The notes beneath the pieces are model-generated. The model was given only the letters and a program-made list of their open reading frames with translations. It did no database searches and was not told the origin of the DNA. A stretch of 63,902 bases of DNA, filler included, from Choristocarpus tenellus KU-1152 (taxonomy: Eukaryota; Protista; Phaeophyceae), in the NCBI GenBank assembly GCA_964200185.2. It is 11 parts of 11 records of this genome, joined end to end, with 100 filler letters (N's around TTAATTAATTAA, not from the genome) between each part and the next. Parts side by side here need not be neighbours in the genome. Positions count along the whole stretch, not along the records: positions 44,509 to 49,868 come from CAXNAD020011041.1; positions 49,969 to 57,269 come from CAXNAD020006378.1; positions 57,370 to 61,130 come from CAXNAD020018091.1; 8 more parts are not named here. One strand, given 5' to 3'. Positions 44,958 to 57,574 of the stretch are shown here, in pieces. Numbering within the stretch: the stretch's first letter is position 1; each line of letters opens with the position of its first letter. A program made the position numbers and the translations under genes.

Positions 44958-46693
44958 TTCATCAGCCGTTGCAACATTGGCAGGCCATGGACCAGACTGC
45001 GGCCATATGGCCGACAGTGGACATGCTTACTGCCCAACCTGGTGAGAAGTCTTGGGTTTTTTAAGATGGGCGAAATTGGCTTTTCTTTTTACCAGACTTG
45101 GTGACTTTGAAGGTGCAGGCGGGCCACTGGCCTGCCCCCATAAAATGTGGTTCGTCCAGGACAGTCGGAGAATCCAACCAGACAAGTGACGGGTTGGTCC
45201 TCTGAAATGTTGTGACAAGGTCAGCCCGTGACCATCTTAGTGCTGGTTGGGTTATCTGCCAGTCCGTTGGAAAGTCCAAAAAATCACACTAATTTTCCGG
45301 ATTATGAGTGGCGGGGTGGCCAACGCCCAGAACACTCCCTATCTATCGTACACGCTGGGCTAGAGTAATGATATATAGTAAAAGATTGTAAATAGGAGAG
45401 GAGTCAAATGTTGATGATTCAGAGTTCTATTATGATAATAATAATGAACAGCTCTGGCATCTTTATGTTGGATTCATGGATGGGCACAGGTGAAGCAACC
45501 TCATCATTCATTTCCGTCCTGGTCACTACCAGACCACACAAAGAGTTAAATTACTCCTCTCTGACAAAGATTGTCAATGGTGATGTGAAATCAGTGAAGA
45601 AGGAACAAATAGAGCACAAAGAGACAACTCAAATGTCGTCAGTTCCAGTAAATGTGTGAACTGAAAGCGATCCAGTAGTAATGGTTTTCAAAATGTGGAA
45701 CGGACAGGAACGGGAATGTGTATTATATTTATCAAATTACGTGAAGGCTGCGATAATGTGACATGATTGAAAACTGCACATCATGTGGTGGAGTACATGC
45801 CCTTGGCATGTACACCAACGATCGAAATAGAAGAGGACTTTTTATTGATTGTTTCAAATCCATATGATGACTGGTCAATCATCTACCATCAAGATCTGGG
45901 GGCCGTATTTGTAAGCTGGGTACAATACAGAACAAACACATACAGTGAAGGTGGGCTAAGTCTATCGTGAGGAGTTTAGTTGCGTATGTATTGTTGTTTC
46001 TGTTGACATTACTGGGTGAAGATCACCCACAGGCCTTGAAAACATCCCATTGAACTCCTACCTTATGGCTCCGATAATGTGAAACACGCAAATATAGAGT
46101 TGGTGCCTGAGAAGTAAGATTAGGAAAGGATTCTCAATTATAAGGACTACCACTTCAAAAGTTTAGTCTATATATCTGTTTTATTATTATTGCTGATTGC
46201 AGGAGTGTGTGGACAAGTTTATTGAGACTACAGGCTTGCGTTGGGGTGATACATCCATAGTGTTGAGTTTTCGTTGTGCTTTCCTGTAAACACTCCAGTT
46301 TATTCCAGATTTGTTGTGTTCTCTCTCATATATTATTTTTCCCCTTCAACATCTCTGTAAAATGTCTTGCAGCATAAAATATAACATTAGTTTCATAATT
46401 TTAACTATATATATTTGATGAATCAAGTGTTTGTGTCCCAAACCCGTGGTCCTGTGTGTGTATCTGTGGACAGAGGAATCATATATGTCATCCATATGAT
46501 GGTGTGATCATTCTGTGATCTCTGAAGATGACATGCGAACTTTCATGAGCGCTAAACAGTGGGTGAACGTTCGACATGGTGAACAACATATATATATATG
46601 TAGGGATGTTGTTGCGTGCAGTAACCAGGAACAACATAAAAAAATGAACACCCCTATACCCCAATATAACACCTCAGTGCCAATTCTGTAAAT

Positions 46694-46967
46694 GAGTCAA
46701 AGTATCTTAGAGGTTAGAAGAGCCGCGTCCGTTTGGGGTCCAAAATCCAATGTTTCGATTTTGGTGTGATTTTGGTGTAATTTTGGTTATCGTGTTTGTT
46801 ACGAAGTGTCAATATTCTTGTTCTTGAACACACATTTTCATAACGTATACATATTTACCTACTCCAAAACATTTCGGAATAGGAAAATGTAAAAAAAATA
46901 CTGTGGGAAGCCAAGCCCCAAATGGACAAAAAGGGAAAATCTCGTTCCCTCTAAGATACTTTCGCTA
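46694..46967. mobile_element. MITE family B copy with AAAT target-site duplication
   Basis: GAGTCAAAGTATCTTAGAGG...CCTCTAAGATACTTTCGCTA flanked by AAAT on both sides. Confidence 0.8.
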
Positions 46968-47059
46968 AAATACATAGAAAGAGTGGAATAAAACTGCGGT
47001 TTTTCTAAGTCGTTGCGTTTCTTGCAGTTCGTTGTTCCCATATATTGGTTCAAACAACA

Positions 47060-47316
47060 GCCCGAAGCATTTAAGGCAGGTAGGACTTTTGTCCTGTTTG
47101 TCCGTTTGGGACTTGGCTTCCCACGTTTTTTTTATGCCCTTTCTCGGTTTTCTGTCTCAACAGAGTTACCTAAAATGTATACGACTATGAAAGGTGTGTC
47201 AAGAACAAGAATATTGACACTTCCTAACAAACACGATAACCAAAATCCATCAAAATCGCAACATTGGATTTATGACCCGAACGAACGGGGCCCTACCCTC
47301 TTAAATTCTTTGGGTC
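47060..47316. mobile_element. MITE family B copy (opposite orientation) with AACA flanks
   Basis: GCCCGAAGCATTTAAG...CCTACCCTCTTAAATTCTTTGGGTC; shared internal sequence. Confidence 0.78.
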
Positions 47317-48049
47317 AACAGTGTTGATCTTGATCGACTCTGCCCTTTAACAATAGATGGGACTAGCTGTAAGGAGGACCTGCACAATTAATTTTAAATT
47401 CCTCTCCCCTCTACCTGACAAACATGGGGGAAAATGTGTACCATACCCCTCCACCCAACCTCAGGGTCTACTGGTCCACGGGGCCACAGGTCCACAAGTT
47501 CACAAGGTCCTCGTGGAATTTTTTCTCCCCTATTGGTCCAATTCCACCACTTTATCAGCAGAGAAGGTTTCTCACTTCAGGTTCAGACGGTCGTGGTGTA
47601 CAGTTCCGTTGTGAAAGAATATTATTGTTGCCGTAATAGTCCTTGCAGAGGATGAAGGAATCAGGTGAAAACATGTATGGACAACCGAGAGGATGTTGAG
47701 TTCAAGAAAACGACCTAGAAAACAATGTCAACGGTGAAATGTGAAACGAGACCAGATTGGAATGTGGTGGATGAAAGGGAGAAAACAAAATTTAGGGAAT
47801 GCAGCTATACACTACTTGGAAAAGTCAGCAAGGACCAAAAAAGAAAAGAAATAAAACCCCTTGGAGAAAAAAAGCATAATCCTAAAAACAAAAGGGGAAG
47901 AGAAGAAATACGATGAATGCAAGAGAACGAGCCCCAAAAGAAAACAGTATTCAGCAGACAGTGATGGTGTTGGTGGCTTGGGGACCCTGTCTGCTGCTTT
48001 GGTTGGATTTACAATAGCTATCACTCCTTCCTTTGAATGTTATTAGTTG

Positions 48050-48410
48050 ATGAACATCATTGTGTCCTACATACTCATACCATTCCTGTTGGTTCGTCTT
48101 GTGTACCAACCATCAACTCCAATCCCAAACTTGTCAAGGTCATCTTGGGGACATGTCCACCAGTTCCTCTTCTGTTGAACTCACTTCCGTTTTCCATTTG
48201 CAAGCTCCCCAAACATCTATATCTTGGGAAGTTGTTCATCCCTATGCGAGTAACCTGAACCAGCAGATAGGAGCCTCCTATTGCATACATTCACTCGATA
48301 CTCACACCCTGTCTTCATGAGAGCATATTCGTAGGATATAGGGCATGGCTGTTTCATTCCCGTTTGCGGAAACCCATGCAGCTGAGGAGGAATCTGTGAT
48401 GATGTGAGCA
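48050..48410 (-). mobile_element. Degenerate RTE-like LINE, 3' end of ORF (post-RT region)
   Basis: ISYEYALMKTGCE...RRLLSAG...DEQLPKI*MFGELANGKRK*...WWTCPQDDLDKFGI resembles the RTE C-terminal RRL.WAGH..RM...RLPK..(M/L)(F/Y)GEL..GKR motif; in-frame stops. Confidence 0.7.
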
Positions 48411-48412
48411 GA

Positions 48413-49062
48413 GACTCAAAGTATTTTTTGGGGGGGGAGGGTCTGTTATAGGACTGGCAAAAGTATTTGTTCTCACGTTCTAACAAGTGTGAGCCGTATA
48501 CACGCGTAGGGAATCTTATAAAGAGGAACTCCGATTTGCTAAAGGTTGCAGAGTAAGATCTGCAACTTGGGAACGTCGCAATGGTTTTCAGATGTATTCC
48601 AACTTCTGTTTACCAAAACAAAAAAAACAGCGAATGATAATAAGAGAAATATAGAGCGCTGTTTTATAAACTCTATAAACAGGCCTCTATGCACTTCTTT
48701 TCTTTGATGTAATTACCCATTGATATTAAAAAGTGAGAAGTACTCCCTGTTCTGCTGAGCTGATGTTCGACTAACCTGATGTGCGATGGACTCCTCTGGA
48801 CTGTTGAAGTATCCTGAGAGGCCCGCACAAGCATCAGCATTTTCTATAGGCTTGTGAATTGGAGCTATACATCCTGTGGAGGTAAACTTCTGGAGCGTGC
48901 TGTAACAGGTCTACGGCAGGGTGTCCATTCGGGTCCTGACCAGGAGAAGTGCACTTACATTATCCATCCGACCCATGCAACCAAATCACCCAAATACTGC
49001 GGCATGGAAAAATGGGCTCCGAATGGACAGTCGGTACCCCACTCCCCCAGATACTTTGAGCC
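48413..49062. mobile_element. MITE family A copy split by a solo LTR
   Basis: GACTCAAAGTAT...GGGAGGGTC at left and GGTCTAC...GTGTCCATT...CCAGATACTTTGAGCC at right rejoin to the family A pattern. Confidence 0.8.
48444..48907. mobile_element. Solo-LTR-like element with GGTC TSD
   Basis: TGTTATA...TGTAACA termini, GGTC on both sides, internal blocks shared with 61365-61814 and 62150-62750. Confidence 0.78.
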
Positions 49063-49630
49063 AGAGCTTCAGATAATGAGCCTTGCAGAGTGTCCACGTC
49101 ATTCAACTAAATAACCCAACTTAAAGTACATCGGCTTTGAACATTCAAACCTTCATCTCAAGTGAGACACCTGGGGTCCTGTCATAAATGAATTGACTGT
49201 ATTTGCGGAAGCAATTTCTAGTTTTCTACCTATAGTCCAAACATTTTGAGTCACGGTATCCTCGAGGGGGGTGCCATTGATTTTAAGAGACCGCCTTCTG
49301 GTACATATACTCCAAACACTCTGAAGGGCGATTTCGCGCTTGCATGGGCTAATGTGTAGTCTCTTTTCCTACACTACAGTCTTCTAATGGAGGTTTACTT
49401 CATTTTTGGGCATGGGAATGGGGTTGTCAGTCTCATATTTGAAAGGGCGTAGATAACCCCCCCTCTAGTATATATTGTGTCCATTTTGCGAAGCTTTACT
49501 TAGGAGATTATTTGCCCAGAAGCTAACTTAATTAATTGCTGTCTGGCAAGGGCCTTGGCCTGTGATGCTTTCATTAGTAGTTTAGAATTCCCTACAACTG
49601 TGAAGGTCAAAGTTACACAAAGATCTCATA

Positions 49631-49810
49631 GGCTCAAAGTATATGGGGGGGGGGAGGTGGCGGCTGTGCATTTGGAGTCAACTTTTTTCATGTCGCGATT
49701 TTTGAGTGATTTGGTTGCATACGCCGGATGGATTATAATGTAAATGCACTTTTCCTGATTTTGACCCACCAAATGGACACCCTGGTGTAGAGCCCCTCCC
49801 CCCCCCCCGC
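49631..49810. mobile_element. MITE family A copy
   Basis: GGCTCAAAGTAT...GATTTGGTTGCATACG...AAATGGACACCCTGGTGTAGA. Confidence 0.82.
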
Positions 49811-49968
49811 CCCCCCACAATCATAATATAAAAATATTATTTTTGTTAATTCTTTTTTTCTTCTCTTCNNNNNNNNNNNNNNNNNNNNNNNNNNNNNNNN
49901 NNNNNNNNNNNNTTAATTAATTAANNNNNNNNNNNNNNNNNNNNNNNNNNNNNNNNNNNNNNNNNNNN

Positions 49969-52900
49969 GGGATGGTGATAATCATGGCAGCAGTGTTGCT
50001 AGGGGGCAACAGCTCTGTGCACAATCCGTTCAACACTCGAAAGGAGAAAACCCAGTCTTTGATGGTATACACGATGGGAAGGAAGTGAGAGAGATTAGGG
50101 TTGGTGGCAATGGGAGCAGTGAAACACCTGCTATGAATGTTTCTGGAGGTAGAGTCTTCAATATTGACTCACAGTGGGTGGGTATGAGTGCTGTAGAGTT
50201 GGTAAAGAGCGAGGTGCGTGTCATTTGCAGAGGTGGCAGAGGAACTGACCCTGCAGGTGAAAAAAGAAATGGTTTGGACTTGAAGAACCACAGGGTCAAT
50301 CATGGTAAAGGGGAGAGACCATTTCAACAGGTGATTGGACATGGTAAAGCTGGAGTGTGTCAGGATAGGCAATGCAGAAAATGTATCAGGGAAGGTCTTG
50401 GGGGGGAGAGTGCTGGAGTTACATCATTTGAAGGTGGAAGGGCAAAGGTGGAGGAATCAGGTGCAGCTAAATCACAGGATCAGTGTCTTCAGCTTCAGGT
50501 GAGAAGGTTGCATTATGACATGCTTTTTTTTTCTGACCATGTACACTCTTGGCATGGATGCTACAACCATCAAGGTGCAAGAGGTGGTGGTTATTACCAG
50601 ACTCTCCAGATAACGTTTTTTCGAAACCTTGAATATTTACTGTACTGTTGACACTATATTTATGCAGTATTCTGACTACTCAATATAATACAGTTAGTGT
50701 ATTGCATGTTGGCAATGGTATACAAAAGTGCTCCTGTTAACAGTGTTAATGGGTTATACAGAGTTTGTTTCATTGGATGTTGTAGAAGAGGGTATTAAAT
50801 GTTCAAGCACCTAATGAAATTCTCCTTTGACTAGTGAAAAGTCTATGTTTCAATTCCCACAATATGTGGGTTTGTCGTGGGTGAGATAATGAGTGTATAT
50901 GGGGATTTCTGTTTTCAGCTCCCATCAAGTTGGAAACATGTGGTATCAGAAAGGTCAACCACAGAGCCTCTGCCCTTTGATAACTTAGAAGAGGAGGGGG
51001 AGCAATGTGGGAAGGTGGGATGACATAGTTCAACACACAGTCCTCTATGCTTGGGCTAGGGATGGCTGTGGTGAGCTTTTGATCACTGTTTTTTTCATGA
51101 AGGAGGAGATCGCAGCAGAAAGTGTAGTATTCATCATTTGTCAAGCTTCCTTTTTCCTTTGAGAGGTTGCCTCCTATAGCGCTTGGATGTGTTCAGGCTC
51201 AAGACTTGTGCAGGAATTCTGGAGCACACGACTGTCCAGTTTGCAATGCTACTGTGCTCCTTCTGGGACGTCAATGAGGATACTATATTGTGTGTATGTA
51301 GTGGCGTTGGGCAGTGGGTTAGTTGTATGTAGTAAAAGGTTTGGGTGATAGTTGCTGATGGCTTCAACAGATTCGTAAAGAGCCTTTGTATCCCTTTAAT
51401 CTGTCTTTGGTAGGACTGGTGAGGCACATTTGTCTGATTTCCAATCAGCACATGGATGAAACCTTGAATTATTGGGTATAGACTGTGATATGAGAAAAAA
51501 TGGTGTAGAGGACTCAGTTGCTGTGTTGGCGGCGCTTTTGTTGTGTGCTCTGAGAGGAAGTGATGAGTGAACCAGCTTGGCCTCGTCATATGGATCATGA
51601 ACCCTGATTTGAAATGTGTGTAATGACAGAAGTAAAGTTTTCTCAGAGTCAGATGTACTTTCTGTACCTATCACAGAGTTATTGAAGAGTTATTTTATTC
51701 AAGTGGTTCATTTTTTTAGTTAAATACCCTAACAGACTGCTTGCTGGGTATACCACTGTAGTCATGGTACATATATGTTGAGTAGATCTCTCTACCATGA
51801 CAGTAGGGAACATTATTGTGAACGCTCAACTGTAAGAGATGGAACAGAGACACTTTTCAACTTGTTCGATTTCTTGTTTTGAAGACCCGTCATAAGAAAG
51901 GACTCAGACTCTCCACATAAACTATCTATATATAGTTTATACATTAATCCCTTCTGCCTTTGCCATCCTCTCTTTTTCTTTATTTTACAAACACAGCCCT
52001 CACTCGCCTCCTTCCCCCTGCTAATCTCACTCCTTCCCTTTGCTTCTCCCTTGATTGAGTTCCCATCCCCTCCCCTATGTCATCCTAATTGGGAATCCCT
52101 CTTGACCATAATAGCCTTGCTGAAGGACAAGGAATCCAACTCTTGTTTCTGTTCCTACTGTGTCATTTCCTCCACGTAGCTCAGCTGTGTTCATATCAGG
52201 TCAAATCTCACTCTCAGCCAAGTTAAGTGCCTCTGTCCTACAACCGCTGGTATCCTCTTCCCCAAATGTTTGCCCCCCTGGCCTATTCTGGCATGTGCCA
52301 ATGCATGAAGGTTGTGATTTGCCTCAAAACCAGAGCTAAACTGTGTGTGTCTAAGGTAATCCATAGTATTGGAGACAATGTGAACAGGAACAGCATCATA
52401 GACAATGGTGCCCATGGTAACCCTGAGGGAGGTGCACACGGAAAGATAGGTGGACAGGTCAAGTCTGGGAAGGATGATGATGAGGATGAGGTTTTCCCGT
52501 CTTCCTGGAAAGTGTTTCCTCCCGCAGAGGCTTGTACTTCCAATGTAAAAAACTTGCAGGTACATATTTGTAGATGTTGTGGAATAAGGGGTGTGCTAAA
52601 ATCGTCTGTATTGTTAAGAGTATTAGGTAGTTTTGTACACTGTTGTGTGAACAGGGAGGTACGGAGATGGGCGATTCTAGGCATTGCTATTGGGGAGGGG
52701 TTTTTGAATTTTGGGGATACATTCAAGGGTATGTGGTTGGGATTTAGCGAATAAGTCATGTTTATTTGTGTGCTTGCCATGGAGTGGAGGGTGGTGTAAT
52801 GGTGTGGGTGGTACATGGGTTGGAGAAATATGGCATGTTATGCAGAGATAGAACTAAATTTATTGAAGGAGTGTTCTTATGTCCCTCATGTTTTAATGAC

Positions 52901-54637
52901 CCCCACCTCCTGCAGAATGTAAATCCCTTCGCTAAAACCTCACTCCTCAACCTCACATCTTCACCTCCACCACCGTCTTTCCCTTCTCCTGATCTTTTAG
53001 AGGGATATTGCAGGGACGGAGCATTTTGTTGGTGTTAATGTTCCTTTTTTGCAGCCCGTCTCACACCCTGTTGAAACACTAGGCCGTTGCATTGGAACAA
53101 GCATGAATGTTGCAACTGTGGAGGTGATAGGAGGGGGACAACCATCTCACAATGCCACTCCCATAGGCCACGGATATAGTGTCAACCCTTCCCTAGGGAC
53201 ACTTAACCCTCCTCCCCCTGCCGTGTCTGGGTGGTGGAAGGGAAAGAGGGGGCAAAAGCTCAGGACGGTGAATGGTGTCTATGATGGTGGTGTAGATGGC
53301 GACAATGACATGGGAGTATCAAGGAAAAGGTCTCGGGAAGAGATTGAAGGAGAGAACAGGAAAATGGACCAGGAGGGAAGCCTTGGATGCACCCGGGAGG
53401 ACTGTAAGCAAGGGGGAACTTCTTCGAAAAATAAGAGGAGGAAGAGGTGGAGGGGCTCGTGGTGGTGGGGGTTGTGGCCAACAGGAGGTATACTTCGGTG
53501 GAAGCAAAGGAAAACATCTGCTCTACATCAGGGCTCTGGTCAGGGCTCTGGGCATCGCACTGTACATGGCACGAGTGGGAACTGTGTTGAAATAAGAACA
53601 GAGGAGAAGGATGTGTGTAGTAGTGGTGATATTGACTGTGAAGATGGTAATCAAGGGGGGAGCAAGGTTTTGCTGACAAAGCCGATGGTGTCCTCAAGTC
53701 TGCAGCAAGAGCGGTTCAAGTTGCAGAGGCAGTCTATTCTAGTGACAGTGATTCTGAAACCCCTCTAGCGTTGATGATGACATTTGATGGGCTTAGAAAT
53801 ATCATCTTCTTTCGTTATGGTAGGTGTTAGCATTGTGCCACCATATCTATGCCACTCCTCAAGTGGCTGACCCCTTCATTTGGTGGGAGGGCGATCATAT
53901 TGTTTTGCTTAGTTCTGTGTTGTTGCTCTTTTTTTTGTGCTTGCTGTGTGGATGTTGAAATATAAGAAGTAAAAAAAGGATTCTTGTCCTATGTGTTATG
54001 TGCTCAGTAGAACTGGATTGCAGATGCGTATAGATAGTGAGCCAAAGTAAACAAGAGGTACCTAGGCTTTGATTGATTTGCACCTTAAGAGTGATTTCCA
54101 ATCTCTTGCAATTCACCAATATTTCTATGGATGAAGTTCTAAGTTTGACTTGCGAGTGTTTTTTCTCTATTGTTAAAATGTTTTCGACACAATTAAGAAA
54201 ATATCCTTTCTACATTTGTAGCAAAGTCGAATTTTGTGCAAATTTGTCAGCATCCTTAAATTTCAACCCTGGGTACCACTCGTTTACTTTGACTCAATGC
54301 TTGGTGCAGTGGGTACTGGACAAGAGGCAAGTCTGCTTGTGTTATCGGCTGATGCTAATAGAATTGTTGTAATTTTCCGCTCAGTCCTGACTGGTCTTTC
54401 AGGCATTTTCGTGTTTTTGTGGAAATGGAAGATGACCTTGCTGTTTCCATTTCATTGGTATACTCCTATATTGGCGTGGGCCTTATTTCTCTGTTTGCTG
54501 GTGAACATGAAAGGGTTGCATTCATCATTGAGCAGCTACATGTAGACCCCACATCATATGAGAGACCGGGTCGGTCCTGGCTGTTAGAGGAAAGGTTTGG
54601 GCCACAGAAGGGGTGTGGTAACCCGAAATTGGTATAG
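49969..54637 (+). CDS. Multi-exon uncharacterised gene(s): low-complexity exons (49969-50498, about 52320-52559, about 53055-53768) and short ordered exons (about 51214-51290, 51414-51475, 54403-54637); possibly C9orf72/DENN-like
   Basis: Open Gly-rich frames ending in CAG|GT donors; weak motif resemblance only; exon chain not resolved. Confidence 0.4.
54039..54295. mobile_element. MITE family C copy
   Basis: TIR GAGCCAAAGTAAACAAGAGGTACC...GGTACCACTCGTTTACTTTGACTC. Confidence 0.8.
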
Positions 54638-55216
54638 AATTGGTGAGGGATGCATTGGTTACGATTTGCACCTGGGTGGACAGAGTGTGTCAATAGGTAG
54701 GTTGTCTGTGGCTGGTAAAACAGTCAACTGTTGCTACTGAGTAGCAAAGGGATTATGGTCTGCGGCTACAGCAACCTTCAGATGAAGCAAGTTCGTGAAT
54801 AGATTTGTGAAACAGCCAAGAATTTTGGTTTTAAAGTTTGAGCAATTCTGAGTGAACGAAAAACTGCGTGTGACACCCTCTGTATGAGGTGCTTTCTTGG
54901 CATGTATGGCGTAAAAGGACAATAAAAGGTGTTTTGACCATGTGCGTGATTGAGCTACTTTTGTGCGACATACTACTATGTTAACCCTAACCCTGTATAT
55001 GTGTGGCGGTATGGCACACCCAAAGCAGCATAGTGAGAGCTGAGAGAGAGAAAGGCACCACTTGCGAAGCTATCTCTTCATGAGAAGCAGAAAAAATGTT
55101 TGAGAACGGAATGTCAATGAAGGCCGGAATTCAGCTACCCAACTCACCAACACCACTACGATCGTGTGCAGAATGTGCTGTCTTGTAATTATGTTCTCTT
55201 TTGGGGTTAGTTTTCT

Positions 55217-55397
55217 GGCTCAAAGTATCTGTGGGGGGGTGGTGACTGTCCATTTGGGGTCAATTTTTTCATGTCACGATTTTTGGGTGATTTGATTGCA
55301 TACGTCGGATGGTTACTGTAAATGCACCTTTCCTGATTTTGACCCAAATGGACACCATGCTGTAGATCCCCCCCCCCTCTCCCAGATACTTTGAGTC
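55217..55397. mobile_element. MITE family A, complete copy (181 bp)
   Basis: GGCTCAAAGTATCTG...CAGATACTTTGAGTC; flanks TTCT/ATCT. Confidence 0.88.
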
Positions 55398-55791
55398 ATC
55401 TATAATTCGTTTGTACAAAATATATGTTATGAAGGACCACCAACCCGTATTGAAGGAGGCTCAAAATCATGAATAGAAACAAAGGACTACGACTGCCATG
55501 CAACCAAAACCCCTTCTACTATGTATCGCAACAACAACATGCTGCTTGGAACGCTCTGAAAACATCGTCATGGATTAAACTAAACACATGTTGTTGCCGC
55601 CATCGCCCGCGGCAGTTATTGATATCCCCCACAACAAATATGCGTGCTCGGCTCTCAGTACACACCGCTCATTCTCCAAGAGACCTACGAGGTATACGTT
55701 ACTAACACGAATATCTGCGACATGATTGCTAATCCGACATCTCTACATTTCCCTAGCACCAGAACTGGGCCGAACGTGTGTAGCGGTAAAC

Positions 55792-57269
55792 CTAACCCGC
55801 GTGTTTGGCTCCAGCGTTTGCGTAGGAGCCAAAGGTCTCTTCCATGCCGCCGTACTGCTCTGTATCCGCTTCAAGGATACGTCCTTCGACGGACGTCTGC
55901 AAGGGCACCCCCATACATGCGCCTGCACCGGCAGACGCCCCCCTCCCCTCCCCCGTACTGATATTCTCCTTATCTTCATTGTCCTCGTCGCCCTCGTCCT
56001 CCTTCTGCTGCTCCTCGTCCTCCTCCTTGTCGTCGTCGGTATTATCCTCCCTTTCGTCCCCATTCTCCTCCCCCCTCTCCTCTTCACGTCCCTTGAATTG
56101 GGTCTTCCGTCCTTCTCCCACCAAACCCCCCCTTTCCCTCACCTTGATAGCAGACTGTAGAACTGTCAAGACCTTGGTAGGAATCTTCTTGCCGTTCCCA
56201 ACAAGTTTCTCGCAAGTCAAAACAATACCCGCCACGGGTTCCCAGCTTACATCTTTAACCCGCTTCGGTTTCCCAGTTCGCACCGATCTATCACCAGCGT
56301 GTATGTAGCCTTCCACAAAACTACTTTTCCCGTACTTATCAAGGGTCAGAAACGCGGCGTTGTCATGTGTGTGGTCACTGGTCGGCCGAAGCCAGTGAAG
56401 ATCCACCCCACGCTCCCCGTCCTCGCCGATGCGCTCCGCTAGGATCTTGCCGACCGAGAGCGGCGCCTCCGTTGCCACAAAAAAGGCAAACCTGCCTTCC
56501 TGCACGGAGATGAGGTTTCCATCGTTCGCTGATGTCAAAGTAGCATGAGGCCAACCCCGTCGACGGAAGCCAGCTTCTTCCGTGTCACTGTCCGATGAGG
56601 AAGAGTCTGTTTCCTCGAGCCCGCCGAGATCGTTGTCACCGCTGACGAGGTTACCTCCTCCCCCCGAACGTTCGCCCTTGTCGGTGTCTTCGATGTCGCT
56701 GGTACCAGTTCCAGCGCCATCGTCATCGGTGGGAAGCCAATGGACTGGGAGGTCGAAATCTCGTTCCCCTGTCTTTTTGAGAAGCCGCACAGACTCTCTT
56801 TGCTCGTGTTTCGCTCTCTGAACAGCTTCATCGGCTGCGAAGGTGGAATCCATGAGCACGAGAACATCAACGGTATGGAAGCATGAATGTTACTTTGTTA
56901 CCAGGCGTGAGGTTGCACGAATGCGCTCGGGGAGCATGCAGTGAGAGGGAGGGTGTAGATTTCGTCGGATTCGTCGCTGTTGAGTACAAGACCGGTACCC
57001 TCAAAACATTTATCAGGGGTAATCTATAGTACTTTTTTGTTGTGACATGACGATCATTGCGCATGAGAATGGAATATTTTTCAAGATTGTTTTTGTAAAG
57101 GCTGTAAAGGCTGCCTCGCATAGAAGTTGCACCAGAGTTTTTTGGCTGCCACCGAATACCAAAATTGGCCATCAACTCCCCTCACGAAAAAATCGACTTA
57201 CCCAGTGGGTACGCAGCAGGGAGGCGCTCGTGTGACGCCTGGTACCGCTGCTCCACCTTCAGGATGACG
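55792..57269 (-). CDS. 3' end of a GC-rich gene (exon 57269-57202, terminal exon about 56834-55792); possibly transposon-encoded
   Basis: CTG G|gtaagt...ttcgcag|CC GAT phase-1 junction; long open frame with an ordered block FAFFVA...VGKI...VDLHWLRP between acidic tracts; CpG-rich unlike neighbouring host genes. Confidence 0.6.
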
Positions 57270-57392
57270 NNNNNNNNNNNNNNNNNNNNNNNNNNNNNNN
57301 NNNNNNNNNNNNNTTAATTAATTAANNNNNNNNNNNNNNNNNNNNNNNNNNNNNNNNNNNNNNNNNNNNAATGGACAAGGGAAACCAGCACT

Positions 57393-57574
57393 GGCTAAAG
57401 TATTTGGGGGGGGGGGGGCGGAATCTACACAAGGGTGTGTCCATTTGGGTCAAAACCAGGAAAATTGTACTTATATTATCCATCTGACGCATGCAACCAA
57501 ATCACCCAAAAATCGTGAACTGGAAAAATGGGCCCCAAATGGACAACCGGCACCCCCCCCTGATACTTTGAGCC
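57393..57574. mobile_element. MITE family A, complete copy
   Basis: GGCTAAAGTATTTGGG...GTCCATTTGGGTC...CCAAATGGAC...GATACTTTGAGCC. Confidence 0.85.

Noticed and set aside
45325-45365. Helitron 3' end (GCCCAG...CTGGGCTAG)
   Set aside because: Hairpin overlaps the CTAG, the next base is not T, and no second copy is visible
45400-46100. Viral-like coding remnant
   Set aside because: Many stops and no recognisable motif
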